From Camelus ferus (Eukaryota): a stretch of DNA of 64,000 nt. The translations under genes were made by a program, and so were the position numbers. The stretch spans positions 38,380,001-38,444,000 of the forward strand of contig NC_045696.1 of the NCBI RefSeq assembly GCF_009834535.1, read 5' to 3'. A model generated the notes under the pieces. The model searched no databases. It was not told the DNA's origin and saw only the letters and a list, made by a program, of their open reading frames with translations. Numbering within the stretch: position 1 is the first letter of the stretch; every line of letters begins with the position of its first letter. Below, in pieces: positions 24,972-37,585 of this stretch.

Positions 24972-26021
24972 TTAACCAGTTGTTAGTTTCACTCTATTTG
25001 GAATTTGCTCTATTTGTTTGACTCTTTGTTTCCAGTATCAGTTTGTCAGCTATGTTCAGTTTTTTCACCTGCTTTATCAATAATCTGTGCTGTTAGGGTA
25101 CTGGCCATGTGTAGTCTTTTTAAAGCTTGCATTTAGAAAACCTGTATTTAGTTTCAGTGCAAATAATTTATTGCTTTTCACTTTAGTATAAAATTCCACT
25201 GTTTATGCTATTAACTTTGTTCAGGATCTACTAGTTGCCTATAAGAATGGATGGCCTTGCAAGTAACACCCGTAAAATACAAATACTCATGAAAACTTAC
25301 TTTAATCTTTGACCTGTGGCACAATCTGTAAGCATATTTCTTTGTTCTCTTATATTGTCAAAACTGCTGCTACATACCATTAGATTTATTCAGTATTGAC
25401 TGACAACTTTTTTTCACAATCTTTAAGATGTAATAAGTGTTAAAGTTCATAAACTCCTATCACTGTATGTTGAGAGCAGTCTGGTAAAATTTAACAGCCT
25501 TCACTATTTCTTATAGGCTCACTTTTCTTCCCATGTTACATATATTTAAATTAGAAAATGCTTTGGCTTTGATATATAATAAAATATCTTCTAATCCCCA
25601 GATTTTTCTGTTCTAATTTAACATCTCATTCTATAACTCAGATCTACCACATAAGAGCAAACCATCTTAACCCCCCGATCATTCATTCGTCATAAGAATT
25701 AACGATTATTTTGTGCTAATGTCCTTCAACTTATTCTAACAAATGTTTTTTATGAAGATAGATGTTTCCTCAAATTTACTTTCCTTACCATTACCATAGT
25801 TTTTTGGAAATGTGTTTCTACTTCCATTTCTTTATCTCTGCCTGGTCATTTCTAATTTATACTTTAATCATGAGTCTTTTACTGAACCATTCTTTAGTGA
25901 CAATGATCTCATGGTTGATTTCAGTATCCCTCCCTCCTTTGTGTTTTAGAGTGAAGACTATTAATTTTTAATAATTGAAGGTTATTAACCAGTTGTTAGT
26001 TCGACTCTATTTGGATTTGCT
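24972..26021 (+). repeat. dispersed direct repeat pair (24972-25009 and 25985-26021)
   Basis: TTAACCAGTTGTTAGTTTCACTCTATTTGGAATTTGCT versus TTAACCAGTTGTTAGTTCGACTCTATTTGGATTTGCT. Confidence 0.93.
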
Positions 26022-26379
26022 TCCTTATCAGTTACTTCTTTTTCATATCACATGCTTATTATGTTGATTGTTAATACTACTTCTACAAAACTTCTGATAT
26101 ATATAACATAAGATTTATCCTGAGCTTTTTTGCCTTTTTTATTTTTACCTACCACTTTTCTCTGTAGTGCTTTTATCAAGCTATATTTATGTTGAGAATT
26201 CACAGATCTTCTTTTTATTCCTAAACTTGTTCCTTTAACCAAAATCTTTACTTCTTATTTTCAGTGCTACCCACAAATGAATGTTTACCAGCACTTTAGA
26301 TCTTTCTTTCAAATATTGATTTCCAGCTTTTCCATGTTTAGAAATTTACTTAGTAGCCATAGTCACACAAATCTGCAAA

Positions 26380-26860
26380 CTTAAATACACAAAGAGAATC
26401 ACTGAATCATTATGTTTAATAGTTAAATAATGAAAGAAAATCTAAATATTCCCAAATAGAGAAATGAGTAAATTAGATTATTGTGTATACATACCTTGAA
26501 TTCTATTTAGCCAGTAGAAAGGACAAGTAAGTCTGAGATTAAAGCTGTCTATGATACGGGACAAAGCAAAAAAACAGCTAACATAACAGTAAAATTGTAT
26601 GAATTCATTTTTGTTTAAAATAGAAATTGTATGTATGTGTTGTATGTTTGCAGATGGATATTAATGCTTATAAAACTGTCTATTAGATGCAGGTCAAACT
26701 GTTAAAACGCTTCTTCAAAGATTTAGATAGCAATGGTGCTTTTTATTAAAGTTTTTAATATATGTATGTATTTATATATATTTAGTATATAGTATATATT
26801 TATAAACATAGACAGAAGAGACCCTATTTATATTTATAGTATTGAGAAAAATTAAATATT
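26380..26860 (+). mobile_element. old L1 (L1ME-like) 3' end
   Basis: AAATCTAAATATTCCCAAATAGAGAAATGAGTAAATTAGATTATTGTGTATACATAC resembles an L1ME ORF2 end and 3'UTR. Confidence 0.6.
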
Positions 26861-26999
26861 TCATTATAGTAAACTTACTGTGTCTCTTAATTTTATTTAT
26901 AATGTTCCTATGGAAGCAGTTTTATCTTACTTTTCATCCATTGCAAAACACTAATTGCTAAATTTTATTTGCGTCGTGCACAACAAAAATAGCAGATAG

Positions 27000-27715
27000 A
27001 GGCAGATATCCTTGACTTATCCCATTCTGTCATTTCCTCTGTTGTGCTTGTACAACACTTACACATACACACTTATACACTGGCACAGTTATTTCTACTA
27101 CCCTGTAACAACAGATTTCTCCGACTTTTCTTCATTATTATACTGGAAATGCTATTCTGTAGAAAGTTCTCTGCCTTTCACATGCTACACAGAGTCCTTT
27201 CCTCCCTAAGTCTAATGCAACCACAGGCAGGACTTTAAATTTATTCAGACATCCTATGTTCTTTGTAGGTACCATTCTTGCTGTCTGGAATTTCTGTCAG
27301 TATCTGTTTGCCAATCATTTACTATTCCTAAATCCAACTCAGTACTCATCCAATCAAAAAACTGTCCTAACTAATCCCAGTTAGTTCCAATTACGTGATT
27401 TGTGCCACTTTCTTTGTTCTCGTTTACTTGTATTTTGAGTGTTTTATTTTATATTTAATTTTCCAAGACATTTTGTTACATCTTTTTGTTGATTGTAAAT
27501 TCTTTCAGTCTAATTTAAACCCATTTCTGAATGTATCTATGTAATTGGTATTTATAGACAATTTTGATTACAGGATTTTTACAATATCTTTCATTAGTTC
27601 ATAAGAAGCTCTAGAGCATGGACCTTGTGAAATAAATGACAAGAACCCTGTAGCATCTGATATAGTTTTGTGTACTCAGTGCCCTCAGGATAAATGTGTG
27701 ATGATGATACAATAA
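27000..27715 (+). mobile_element. L2 remnants
   Basis: TTGATTGTAAATTCTTT, AGAAGCTCTAGAGCATGGACCTTGT and GCATCTGATATAGTTTTGTGTACTCAGTGCCCTCAGGATAAATG are L2 3'-type motifs. Confidence 0.5.
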
Positions 27716-27996
27716 ATGTGAAAATAACTTACATATTATACTTCCTTGGCTCTCATTATTTTAGAACTTTATCTAAATATTATAAAGATCACCTGTAAAT
27801 CTAAAGATAAATTTTAAGAAAGATCTTAGAATTCATTAGCAAAATAATACTTTCCATGATTTGAATAGTTACATAGAAGTACTTTCAGCACTTTAAAGTT
27901 CTTTGAATAGTGCCAGGTTGGCATTAAAATATTTTAAGATCATGAGATATATGATTACATTAAAATATTGCACTTTGAAATGACTTCCAGTAACAA

Positions 27997-28225
27997 TTTT
28001 TTTAATTGCAGTATAGTCAGTTACATACAATGTGTCAGTTTCTAGTGTACAGCATAATGTCCCAGTCATGCAAATATATACATATATTTTTTTCATATTC
28101 TTTTTTATTAACGGTTATTATAAGATATTGAATATAGTTCCCTGTGCTATACAGAAGAAATTTGTTTTATATCTATTTTTAATATAGTGGCTTGCCTTTG
28201 CAAATCTCAAATCCCAAGTTTATAA
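27997..28225 (-). mobile_element. 5'-truncated younger L1 3'UTR (artiodactyl/camelid type)
   Basis: T-tail, then AATTGCAGTATAGTCAGTTAC...TCTAGTGTACAGCATAATGTCCCAGTCAT...ATAAGATATTGAATATAGTTCCCTGTGCTATACAGAAGAAA. Confidence 0.88.
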
Positions 28226-29209
28226 CTGGCTCCTACACTTAGCTTAATATGACCAAGAAAGTAAAAATTTTATAAAGAAATGTTTCTTTCATTAAAAACA
28301 ATTCACACAAATTATATGTATAGTCAGTATATGGAAGCTTCATTCTGCCTTTAAACATCACTCCATGAACTCAACCTTAGGAATTATATGTCCTCTACTT
28401 ACCAGCTCTCCCTTTTGCTCTTAGAAATTTGTAGTTTGAATGATGGAGTAAAAGAACTTTGACAAACTGAGTCATAAAATATATCTAGCTTGAAGTAAAT
28501 ACTGCTATAAACATAAGTGACATAGAACATGGCAAATGTGTTCCTGTGCGGTGAATCTCTGATGGAGTGGCTGGATGCAGCCTTAAGCAAGTCACTTTGG
28601 GGGTACTGAAGAGTATCTAGTGCTCAGTGATAATGCTTTATATGAATCAGATATCAAAGCAGCTTGTTTATAGCCTAATATAATACATTTCACAGGTTCA
28701 TATTTCATTTATAAACCATAAAGATGTTGTCAAAAATAATTTATTATGCGAACTCAGATAAAAATAGATAGTATGAGTTAAATGTTACCATATAATTGGG
28801 TTTGTTGTTTCTGTTTCACTTATACTTTACTATTTATTCTAGGCCTTGGAAATAAAATTGAACTCTGATTTTTTTTTAGTTTTACTTCTTAAAATACTTT
28901 TCATCTCTTTAGTTAGACAGACTGAGTATATTTCTCTCCTACCAATAAAATAAATCAAGAAGTCCTGTCTTTGAAATTGATGAGATAAAATTTAAAATTC
29001 CCATTTGAGAACTATTTATGTATATAATGACTATATAAATTCAAATTATTTTAATGTTCTCTGGAAATTATTGGATTAATATAAAATCAATATATAATAA
29101 CTATTATAAAATTTTGAGCTATAATGTCTTCTTTATGTTGAAGTTTAAAACTTCCGTATGTAGCAAAAGCCTTATATCCTTCAGTGTTTATATTCAATTA
29201 CAATTTAGA

Positions 29210-29690
29210 TATGTGTGCCTCATTTTACTGCACTTCACTTTATCATGCTTCTCAGATACTGTATTTTTTTTTTTTTTTTACAAATTGATGGTTTGTGTCA
29301 TCCCTGTATCAAGCAAGTCTATCTGCACCATTTTTCCAAAAGTATTTCCTTACTCTGTCATATTTTGGTAATTCTCACAATATTTCAAACTTTTTTATTA
29401 TTATTATATTTTTCTTAGTGATCTGTGATCAGTATCTTTTGGCATCATTATTGCAAAAGCACTGCAAGTTGTTGAAAGCTCTAATGATGGTTAGCATTGT
29501 TTAGCAATAAAGTATTTTTTAATTAAGGTATATACACAGTTTCTTTAAACATAATGCTATTGTACACTTAGTAGACTACAGTGTAATGTAAACAAAACCT
29601 TTATATGCACTGGGAAACCAAAAAATATGTGTGACTCACTTGATTGTTGTGGTCTGGGAGAGAACCTACAGTATCTCCAAGTTGTGCCTG
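29210..29690 (+). mobile_element. Tigger1 internal-deletion derivative (TcMar-Tigger MITE, ~480 bp)
   Basis: The 5' part matches the Tigger1 left end (CCTCATTTTACTGCACTTCACTTTAT...TACAAATTGATGGTTTGTG). The 3' part matches the right end (GCACTGGGAAACCAAAAAA...ATCTCCAAGTTGTGCCTG), followed by TA. Confidence 0.92.
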
Positions 29691-32600
29691 TATGTGCCAA
29701 GCAGGCGTTTCTTAGTTTACTTGTATTGTACTTACTAAAAAATGATTTTGAAATTTATTGATTTTTAAAAAAAATTATTGAATTTTAATGCAACACAAAT
29801 ATTAAATATCTTTATGTATAGTATATCAAGTATATATTTTAATGTAGTTTTACAATATTAAAGTTATTACTGTTGTACTCCCAATAATAATACAGTTAGG
29901 AAATGGAAAGTGTATTAAATCACAAGGTTTACCAGGAAACATAAATATACACACATAAATGTATACAGACAGAGATATGTACATACATATATTGGCAATT
30001 ATTTTTAAACATTCATTGGTTATATTTTACTATTTAATATTTCAAATATCCTGAAGATTTAAACATCTGCTTAAAATAGTAATGATTTAATAAAATTATG
30101 CCATAGAGAAAAGTAAAAAGATTTTGTACATGGAGAATGTTTTATTATTTTAATGAATACTTTTTTGAATTACTAGTTTCAATATCTAAAATATATTAAT
30201 TTATTGCTTTTTAAAAGTTTCAATCTTAGCCTGTTATCAAATTGCATATTATTAAAATTATTTTAGTGGCAATTAAACATAATAGGATTATTAGTTGAGG
30301 AGTAGGTCTCAGGGCTTTGGGGATCACTGCAAAACATATTGAGTTTAGTCCAGTAGAAAAGCAGACATGTTTTGTGACATGGGCACTTCACAAAGGAGCC
30401 TTGCCTTCTGTCCAGACACCACCCTTTGTTAGAGAAAAATTAAATGATTCTTTTCAGGAATGCCTAGCCTGTAGGAAGAAAAAGATCTGGTTGCTCACAA
30501 GAGCAAGAATCTTGCTGGCTCTAGGTGAAGTGGGTTCTTGGACATTGAGAAGGACAGTGGTATAGCAGCTTCTATGCATGGAATATCTTCCATTCACCCA
30601 CACTGCAAGAAGCAGTGTAGGAGTTTGATGGACAGACTTCTTATGAGGTGTATTTCTGAAGACTGAACTTTGCTGCTCTTCCTGTCTTTTGGATTACTCC
30701 CCACCTTAGTTCCAGTGCCTGCCTGGGAAGGGGCTAGATTTGCCCCGTCACTTTTTGCTTGAATTGCCAGCCCCTAACATCTTCTCCCAGTGTCAGTGTC
30801 CCTGGATTCCCCCAAATGCTAAACACCAGCTCAGTCCAGCAAAGCTTGATCTGCTTAACATTCCAAATGAAAAAGATAATAGCTAAAAGCAACCTCTGGG
30901 TCTGACACTCCAGACACTAAGGAAGTTTGGGAGAAGGAATGCTGATGGTTTAGCACAGTCTGTTTCTAAGGGCACATTCAGTATGTTTTATAACACCAAT
31001 AAGACGTTGAATAGATCCTGGACAAAAGCAGGATCCTCAGTACCTTCTTTTATGCCAGGGTTCCTTGCCAGCTCTTGGAGAGGATAGGACAAAGGAAATC
31101 AGGATAGAGACCAGTGAGACATAATCACTCAGCAAATTTGGACACCAGGTATTTACCACTTGGTAGAGAAATATTTCATGCTTTAATAACCTATAAAGTT
31201 GTACCAGTGAGTGCTGGCTGAATATAAAGTCTGACTCTTATATATCTGAAAAATAAAGAAACAAGTTAAATATTATTATTTAAAAATAATTAGTAAATAT
31301 CAAACCTGTTAACAAGATGCTGAATATTTTGTGATCTTTTCACAATCTATTCTTCTAACTGCTGATGACAGAATTTAATTTTTTACAAATTAAAATAGTA
31401 CCTGAGTCAGTGGTCTATAAGCTTACTTTTCTTTAATAATTTTTATCCACTGATGCTTTGAATGATGGAATGTCAACATTCTGAAAGTCATGCAAAAATA
31501 GGTTTCCCCTTGATGTTCTCCACAAAATGGAGAGAATTCCAGGTTCTCAGAAGTCTGTCGTTTTCTATTTCTGTACGTTGTTTTAAAAGGGAGCTCTCTA
31601 AACAAACTGAAATCAAAACTCTCTAGACCTATTCTGTGAATCTGAGTATCAGTAGCTTTGAACCCTATGATATGTGAATGGTAATAAAATCTTCTGTCAC
31701 TATTCACAGGCTCCATAGAAGGGCCAGCTTCCACCTCAAAGGAAGTTTAGAAGTGGAAAAGTGACTTTTCTAGAGCATTTGGTAAACCATCAAACTATAA
31801 CCACTTAGAAAGTTGAGCACTTCATAAGTTTTATGACCTATCTAGTTTCAAAACCTGATGTAAAGCTAATGCAATGATGGTTTAACTGAAAACTCACAAG
31901 GAGATTATTTTCAACACTTCCTGAGTGAGGAACAGAACAGTATAAATTATATTGAAATTTTGTCTGTGTGTTTAATTACTGAGTAGAGCACTGGAATTGA
32001 TAGTTTAAGTACTAATTATTTAATGTAATTATATTTAATTATTATAATTGCTATTCATATCTTATGTCCTAATAGAGAAACATCAAGGGCATTTTTCACA
32101 AAATTATTATATTCTCCTCGTGCTAGAAAACAGAATAGGGATTTTTATCTTAGTTTAGTTGAAACAAGCTATTTGCTACTTCATTTATTTCAAAATGAAA
32201 TAAGTTACTAATTCTCTTTTTTTGACCAACAGATATTTTAACAAATGCTGTAAAGCCCTTTGAAATTAAAAAAAAAAAGAAATAGTTGGATTATTTGTAT
32301 ATGATTTATGGCTTAGAATATTGTGTACATTTACTTGTAGATCACACCATAAATTCACATCTTTTTTTCTCCTGTTGGGCATTACAGTATAAAGAAAGAG
32401 GTGGTTAGAGGTTGTGATTTTTTTAACTCTAAGTTTATAATGTGTGGCAGTATATTCAGCTCATAAATGTGTAAAATACAGCACAAATAAGATCTGAAAA
32501 TCAAGAAATGAAAGGAGAAAGCAATCTACAGGAACTGAAAAACGAATTCTAATTTATTGCCTCATATGACCCAAGTTTAATTTGTTTACATTTTACAAGG

Positions 32601-32944
32601 GAAACACTTATTTACCATATTCTCTTTGACATAGTACATATAAAGCTGAAATATTGTGTTTCAGCATGGATAATAGGGTCATTACCTCAATTTTAAACAT
32701 TCTGTACCTGAAATTGGAATTCATGATGAACTGACTCATAGGCTAAACAAAATTACCACAAGTAAAAAAAAAATTCTAGAAATTAAGGATTTAAGATTTA
32801 TTTTTAAAATTTCTTTGTTATATAGAATGGGAAATAGAACTCAGGCAAGTTATAAAGATTATACTTAAAGCCAAGAAACATGTCAAATTATATGTTGTAG
32901 AGGATAAAAGAGCTAGATGTTTATAACGTCTTGCTAATAGCACT

Positions 32945-33080
32945 AATAATTATAATGATCTCTAACATTCATAGTGTACTTGGCAGGTACACCCATTTGC
33001 CAAAAATTTTATATGTATTATTATATTATTCTTTACAATAGCCCTTAAATTAAAATATTACTGTTCTTCCACTTTATTGG
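32945..33080 (-). mobile_element. MIR fragment
   Basis: CTAACATTCATAGTGTACTT...TTATATGTATTAT...TTCTTTACAATAGCCCT is antisense MIR. Confidence 0.6.
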
Positions 33081-33479
33081 GACAGTGGGCACAATCAACA
33101 CTCTCCCAAGAAAACTGAGCTGTATGGTTTCCTATCCTGACCAATTTTGAGACAGTAGAGTGATTTGCAAAATAGACTTTCCCTAGATGTTCCACAAAAT
33201 GTGGAAAATAGTCTTAGAAGTCTGTCATTTTCCACTCTTAGCTTTGTTTCCAAAAGAAACTACCAAAACTAATTGAAACCAACAATATTAAGATCTATTC
33301 TACTATGGGTCAGAGTATTAGAACCTTAAAAACAGACTGAAGAAAGCTATAGAAATCTATGTACATTGAATCATGTTTTTCAGAAAAGCCCAGGAGAGTT
33401 AATGATGCTCTAATTAGATAGTGCAGAGGAAGAGTACAGCTATTTATGTTCTGTTGCATAGGAAGTTCATACAGAGGTT

Positions 33480-33705
33480 TAAAAGCATAGGCACTGTATC
33501 TGAGGGAAAGAAGTTGAATCCAGGAGTAACCATTTAATAACTTTATGACCTTGAGAAATATGCACAATCTCTCTAACCTTCAGGTTTTCATTCTGTAAGA
33601 TTAAGCTGATATATATGTTAAAGAATTACTGTGAAGATTATAGGGAAAGAATGGCCATATTCTGCTTAGTGTGGCCATGCTACACACTCATTGAATGTTA
33701 GCTAC
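33480..33705 (+). mobile_element. MIR SINE
   Basis: TTGAATCCAGG...CTTTATGACCTTGAGAAA...ATCTCTCTAACCTTCAGGTTTTCATTCTGTAA...CACTCATTGAATGTTAGCTA. Confidence 0.75.
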
Positions 33706-34699
33706 TTCTTAACATGTAAATATTTCAATTGTGCAGCCTCTATACTATTGTTTCTGTCAAGATGGCCTTCAGTCTGGAAGTCTTAGCATCACTTGTGGTA
33801 CTTGGAGAAAAAGAAGTATGAACTTTTGAAAAAGAAAAATACTCAGGTTCTATCCCTGTAGCTTCTGGGTTAGTGGTGTGGTGTGCTTGGCGGGGAAAAA
33901 GGCCCAGTGATTCTGAGAGTCTAAGGGGTTTAAAATCCCTATGTTAAAGAATATTCTCAATTAACAAGTATTTTTTTTCCTTTTTAATGTATTATTTGGT
34001 TAACAAAATTTTTTTTAATTTAATATATAGTTACCACAACATGTAACTAAATAAACAATAAATGGGTCTTTTTCCCTGGAAAGACATAGCTTTGATTTTA
34101 CAAATCCTTACCACTTTCAGTCTTTCTTTAATTTAACAGTGTATTTAAACCCAGATCTTATTCTGTGCTGGTCATATGCTAAGAAATGCGAGTATCATTG
34201 CTGTAATGGGAGTGATGACAGCAGATAAAGTTATAGACAAAATATTAATATTCAAGTGGGGATCACAGTTTCAGCTTCATCAATATATGGATAGCATTCC
34301 CTGACTTCCAAATGCATAGCCTCTATAAATTGTGTTGGAGGACAAGACTTAGACCTGAGCAAAACTGAGTCTCTCCTTGAATACAGATTTTTTTGAAGAG
34401 GACCTATTTTTTTCCTCTGAATTTGGTAGAGAAAAGTATCTCTACAAAATTGTCTGAATCGCTTTACTCAGCACAACTATTTTTATTATTGTTATAATGA
34501 TGATTGCCACCATCATTATTATCATTATTACTTTGATGAGTTACTAACATTCTCTCTCAGGATATATAAAAAGCTGGTTACCAGTGTTCTTGGTGCTCTG
34601 TTCAATTTAAACTGTGACTCCTTAATGGAAGAAACCATGTTAAAATATTGAGCAGTTCTACTCAGACCTGTCTAGGAACATCAGGAAGACATATAAGGA

Positions 34700-35330
34700 C
34701 AAACACAGGTCTTGGAATCAGACACACTTAGGTTCATTTCCTGTTTTACCACTTACTGTAGGTATTAGAGTTATACTATGGCAAAAAAAAAAAAAAAAAA
34801 GAATTCTCAGAAGTCTGTGGCTTAACACTATGGAAATGTAATGCCGCTGTCCTCCACAAAATGATCTGAAGACATAGGCTCCTGCCATCTCATAGGTCCA
34901 CCCTCCTTGTAGGGCCTCCCAGTTTTCCTCATGCAGTTGATGGGCAGGGTAAGAGACACTGAATATCTTGACCTAAAAGTGATACAGCCACCTTTATTCA
35001 TTGACAAGAATTAGGCAACAGATCTACCTACATAAAGAAAGGGAGGCTGAGAAATATAATAATCCCAGGTTGTACAACTACTTACCAGCTGCTAATCTAC
35101 ATTTAGAAAAAGGGGGTGCAAATTTTTGTTGGCTATCTAACCATCTTACCAAGCTAACTATGTAACTCTAAAAAATGAATTTCTATAATTCTAATTCCTG
35201 ACTGAAAAAAGAGAATACTACTCCTGAAAGATAGGTAATGAAGATTAAACGAGATGTTGTACATAAAGTATTTGACATATGGTCAGGCAAAATACGAATT
35301 CTCAGTATATGGTGCATGCTGTAATTATCA
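34700..35330 (+). mobile_element. MIR split by an old MaLR (MLT1J/K-like, minus strand, ~34760-35150)
   Basis: The MIR head TTGGAATCAGACACACTTAGGTTCA...CCACTTACT stops at ~34758 and resumes at ~35155 (AACTATGTAACTCT...GAAGATTAAACGAGATG). The intervening block has CTGTGGCTTAACAC and GGCTCCTGCCATCT MLT1 motifs. Confidence 0.65.
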
Positions 35331-36619
35331 TGATCACAGTGTTCTGCACTCCATGTACGTGAGATGGTCACTTACTCCTCCCTCTCATTAGTAGTAGCTT
35401 GATGTACTGTTTCTTTCCTGTTTATCATGAAGGTTGATTAATTCTTATAATTTTATAAAATTATTAATTATTTGTTTTATGCCCTTATTTTATGAACATT
35501 TATTCCTACAGTGGTAATGATACAAATGCTTCATTTTTATAGTTTTGGACTCTGTCAAAGAAAAGCAGCTCCTTTTCTGGGATTTTTACCTAAACACCTG
35601 TGTACATTAGGGAATTTTAAGCCTACCACCTGATCAAAATCTGAAGATTGAGCACCTAATATGAAATTTATTATGTAGAGATTGATGATGGCTCTGTTTA
35701 GTCAGTAACTATGCAATTTCAGACAGGGCATGTTATGAGCAAAAGGGTTCCCTCTGGAACTGCCTGAGTCACGACCAGATCACCCATGCAGCTGAATCTG
35801 CATTAGAAAACCTATGTCAGTCAGAGTATAAGGACTGCTATGTGCAAACTGATTTGGCTTTTCAGTAAAGTTTCTTTTATTCTGTGTTCTAAAATAGATG
35901 CTTGCTGTTAACACTGTGCTATATTGGTTATGTTGAATTTATCTTCATATTTGTAAGCTACATAGCACTTTTTGTTGTTTTCACATGGAAATTCTAAAAT
36001 GCTAGAGTAAATCATCAGATAGTTTCTATTGTTAGAACTCTAGCAATAACTATTTCCAAAATATTAGAGAAGAGAATCAGTGACTTGAATAGAGTTGAAT
36101 ATTTTGATCATAATTTCAAAAGTAAACAGTAGCTTTTAATCACTTTCCATTCTCATTAACAACTATTTTCTATTTTTTAAACAGAAGAACAAGCAAGCAA
36201 CAATTTAACGTCAATTGTCCTGGTCTCTTAAAGATTGAATTGTCACATTAGTTTAACTTCAAATCAAAGTTTAGAAATATTAGTGTTAGGCAGCTATTTA
36301 TCTTGAGTTATTAGCACTTCTCAGTTATTAAAATCCGGTTACCTCTTTTATGTTTCAATGATTGAAATATAAACAGCAAATAGAGAAAAATGTCAAGTGT
36401 GTCTCATTCTGATTACAGTGTAATTGTAAAGTTCTTTTAGTCTTGCTATGTAAACTATTATTTTAGCCTTCACATTTAAAAAGCCTTCAGCATTTTCATG
36501 GGGAAGATTTGCAAGAAAAAAATTTGTTTGAGAAAGGAAAAGAAAAGTGGAAAGCTAAGGTGTTGAAAAATTAAGGATAAAGAGTGTAGCCCTCATTAAA
36601 TAAATGTGATATTATGTAA

Positions 36620-36790
36620 GGGATGAAGGAACCTAATTTCTAAGTCTTAGTTTTCTTAACCAGCCAGGTGTGTAAGATGTTGAGTAAGAAATCTGTAATT
36701 TGGGAATCTCAGTTTTCTTATCTTTAAAATGGGGACAACAATGTTCCTCATTCTCTATTATTAACATGATTTAGAAATTGAATAAGGTAA
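36620..36790 (+). mobile_element. MIR fragment
   Basis: TCTCAGTTTTCTTATCTTTAAAATGGGGACAACAAT is the MIR core. Confidence 0.7.
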
Positions 36791-36949
36791 GAGAAAGGGC
36801 TGCCATTAAAACCAATAAATACCCCGAAAAATAGCATTCTCTTTTCAGTCAAAAAATATTTTTCTTAATAAAAGTAGAACTTTTAATGGGAAATAATTCT
36901 TGTTTTCTATAGTTCTTGCCCCCCACCTTCCTTTATAAAATTATGTGAC

Positions 36950-37585
36950 ATAGGCCAATAGTGTTTCCAGTATTCCATCTCCCTTTCTTTAGACCAATGA
37001 AATCCCTGATTTTCAGTGAGGCTTGTGACTAAAGTAACAACTGCATTTCCTCACCTTCTTTTCAGCTATGTGTGATCCTATGACTAAATTCTGGTCAACA
37101 GAATGTGAGGGAAAGTGATGTGCATAACTTCTGAGATACACCCTTTAAGCAGTGGTCTTCAAACTTTAGCTTGTAGCAGCATCACTTAAAGGGCTTGTTA
37201 AGAAACAGCTGGGTGCCATCCCAGAGTAAAAGATTTAGTAAGTCTGGAGAGGGGCTTGAAAATTTGCATTTCTAACAAGTCTCTAGGCGATACTCTTCCG
37301 CTAGTCTGAGGCTACACTTTGAGAATCTCTGCCTTCTTTTCCTTTTATTTTTAATACTCAGAATGTGAATGTGATGGCTGGTGCTGATTCTAGGAGTTAT
37401 GAATTTGAGGGTCCTATCCAAGGAACATAGAAAGTTGGAAGCTTGCTTGCAGGAAATTGTGGAGCTACTCTGTCAACTATGAACTGCCTACATTTGTGTT
37501 TTCCTGTGAGAAATAAATGAGCTTCTAAATTGTGCAAGTCCTGTTAATTGTATTTTCTGTCAAATTCAACCAAACTTAATTTTTA
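36950..37585 (+). mobile_element. old MaLR solo LTR (MLT1J-like) interrupted by MER5A
   Basis: TATGACTAAATTCTGGTCAACAGAATGTGAGGGAAAGTGATGTGCATAACTTC and a 3' end GTGAGAAATAAATGAGCTTCTA...AACCAAACTTAAT. Confidence 0.7.
37150..37331 (+). mobile_element. MER5A hAT-Charlie MITE
   Basis: TIR-like ends CAGTGGTCTTCAAA / TTTGAGAATCTCTG. Internal AATTTGCATTTCTAACAAGT. Confidence 0.88.

Noticed and set aside
28395..28590. Minus-strand exon ending at a consensus donor (ACTTACCAG on +)
   Set aside because: No convincing upstream acceptor and no recognisable peptide. Isolated donor motifs are common.
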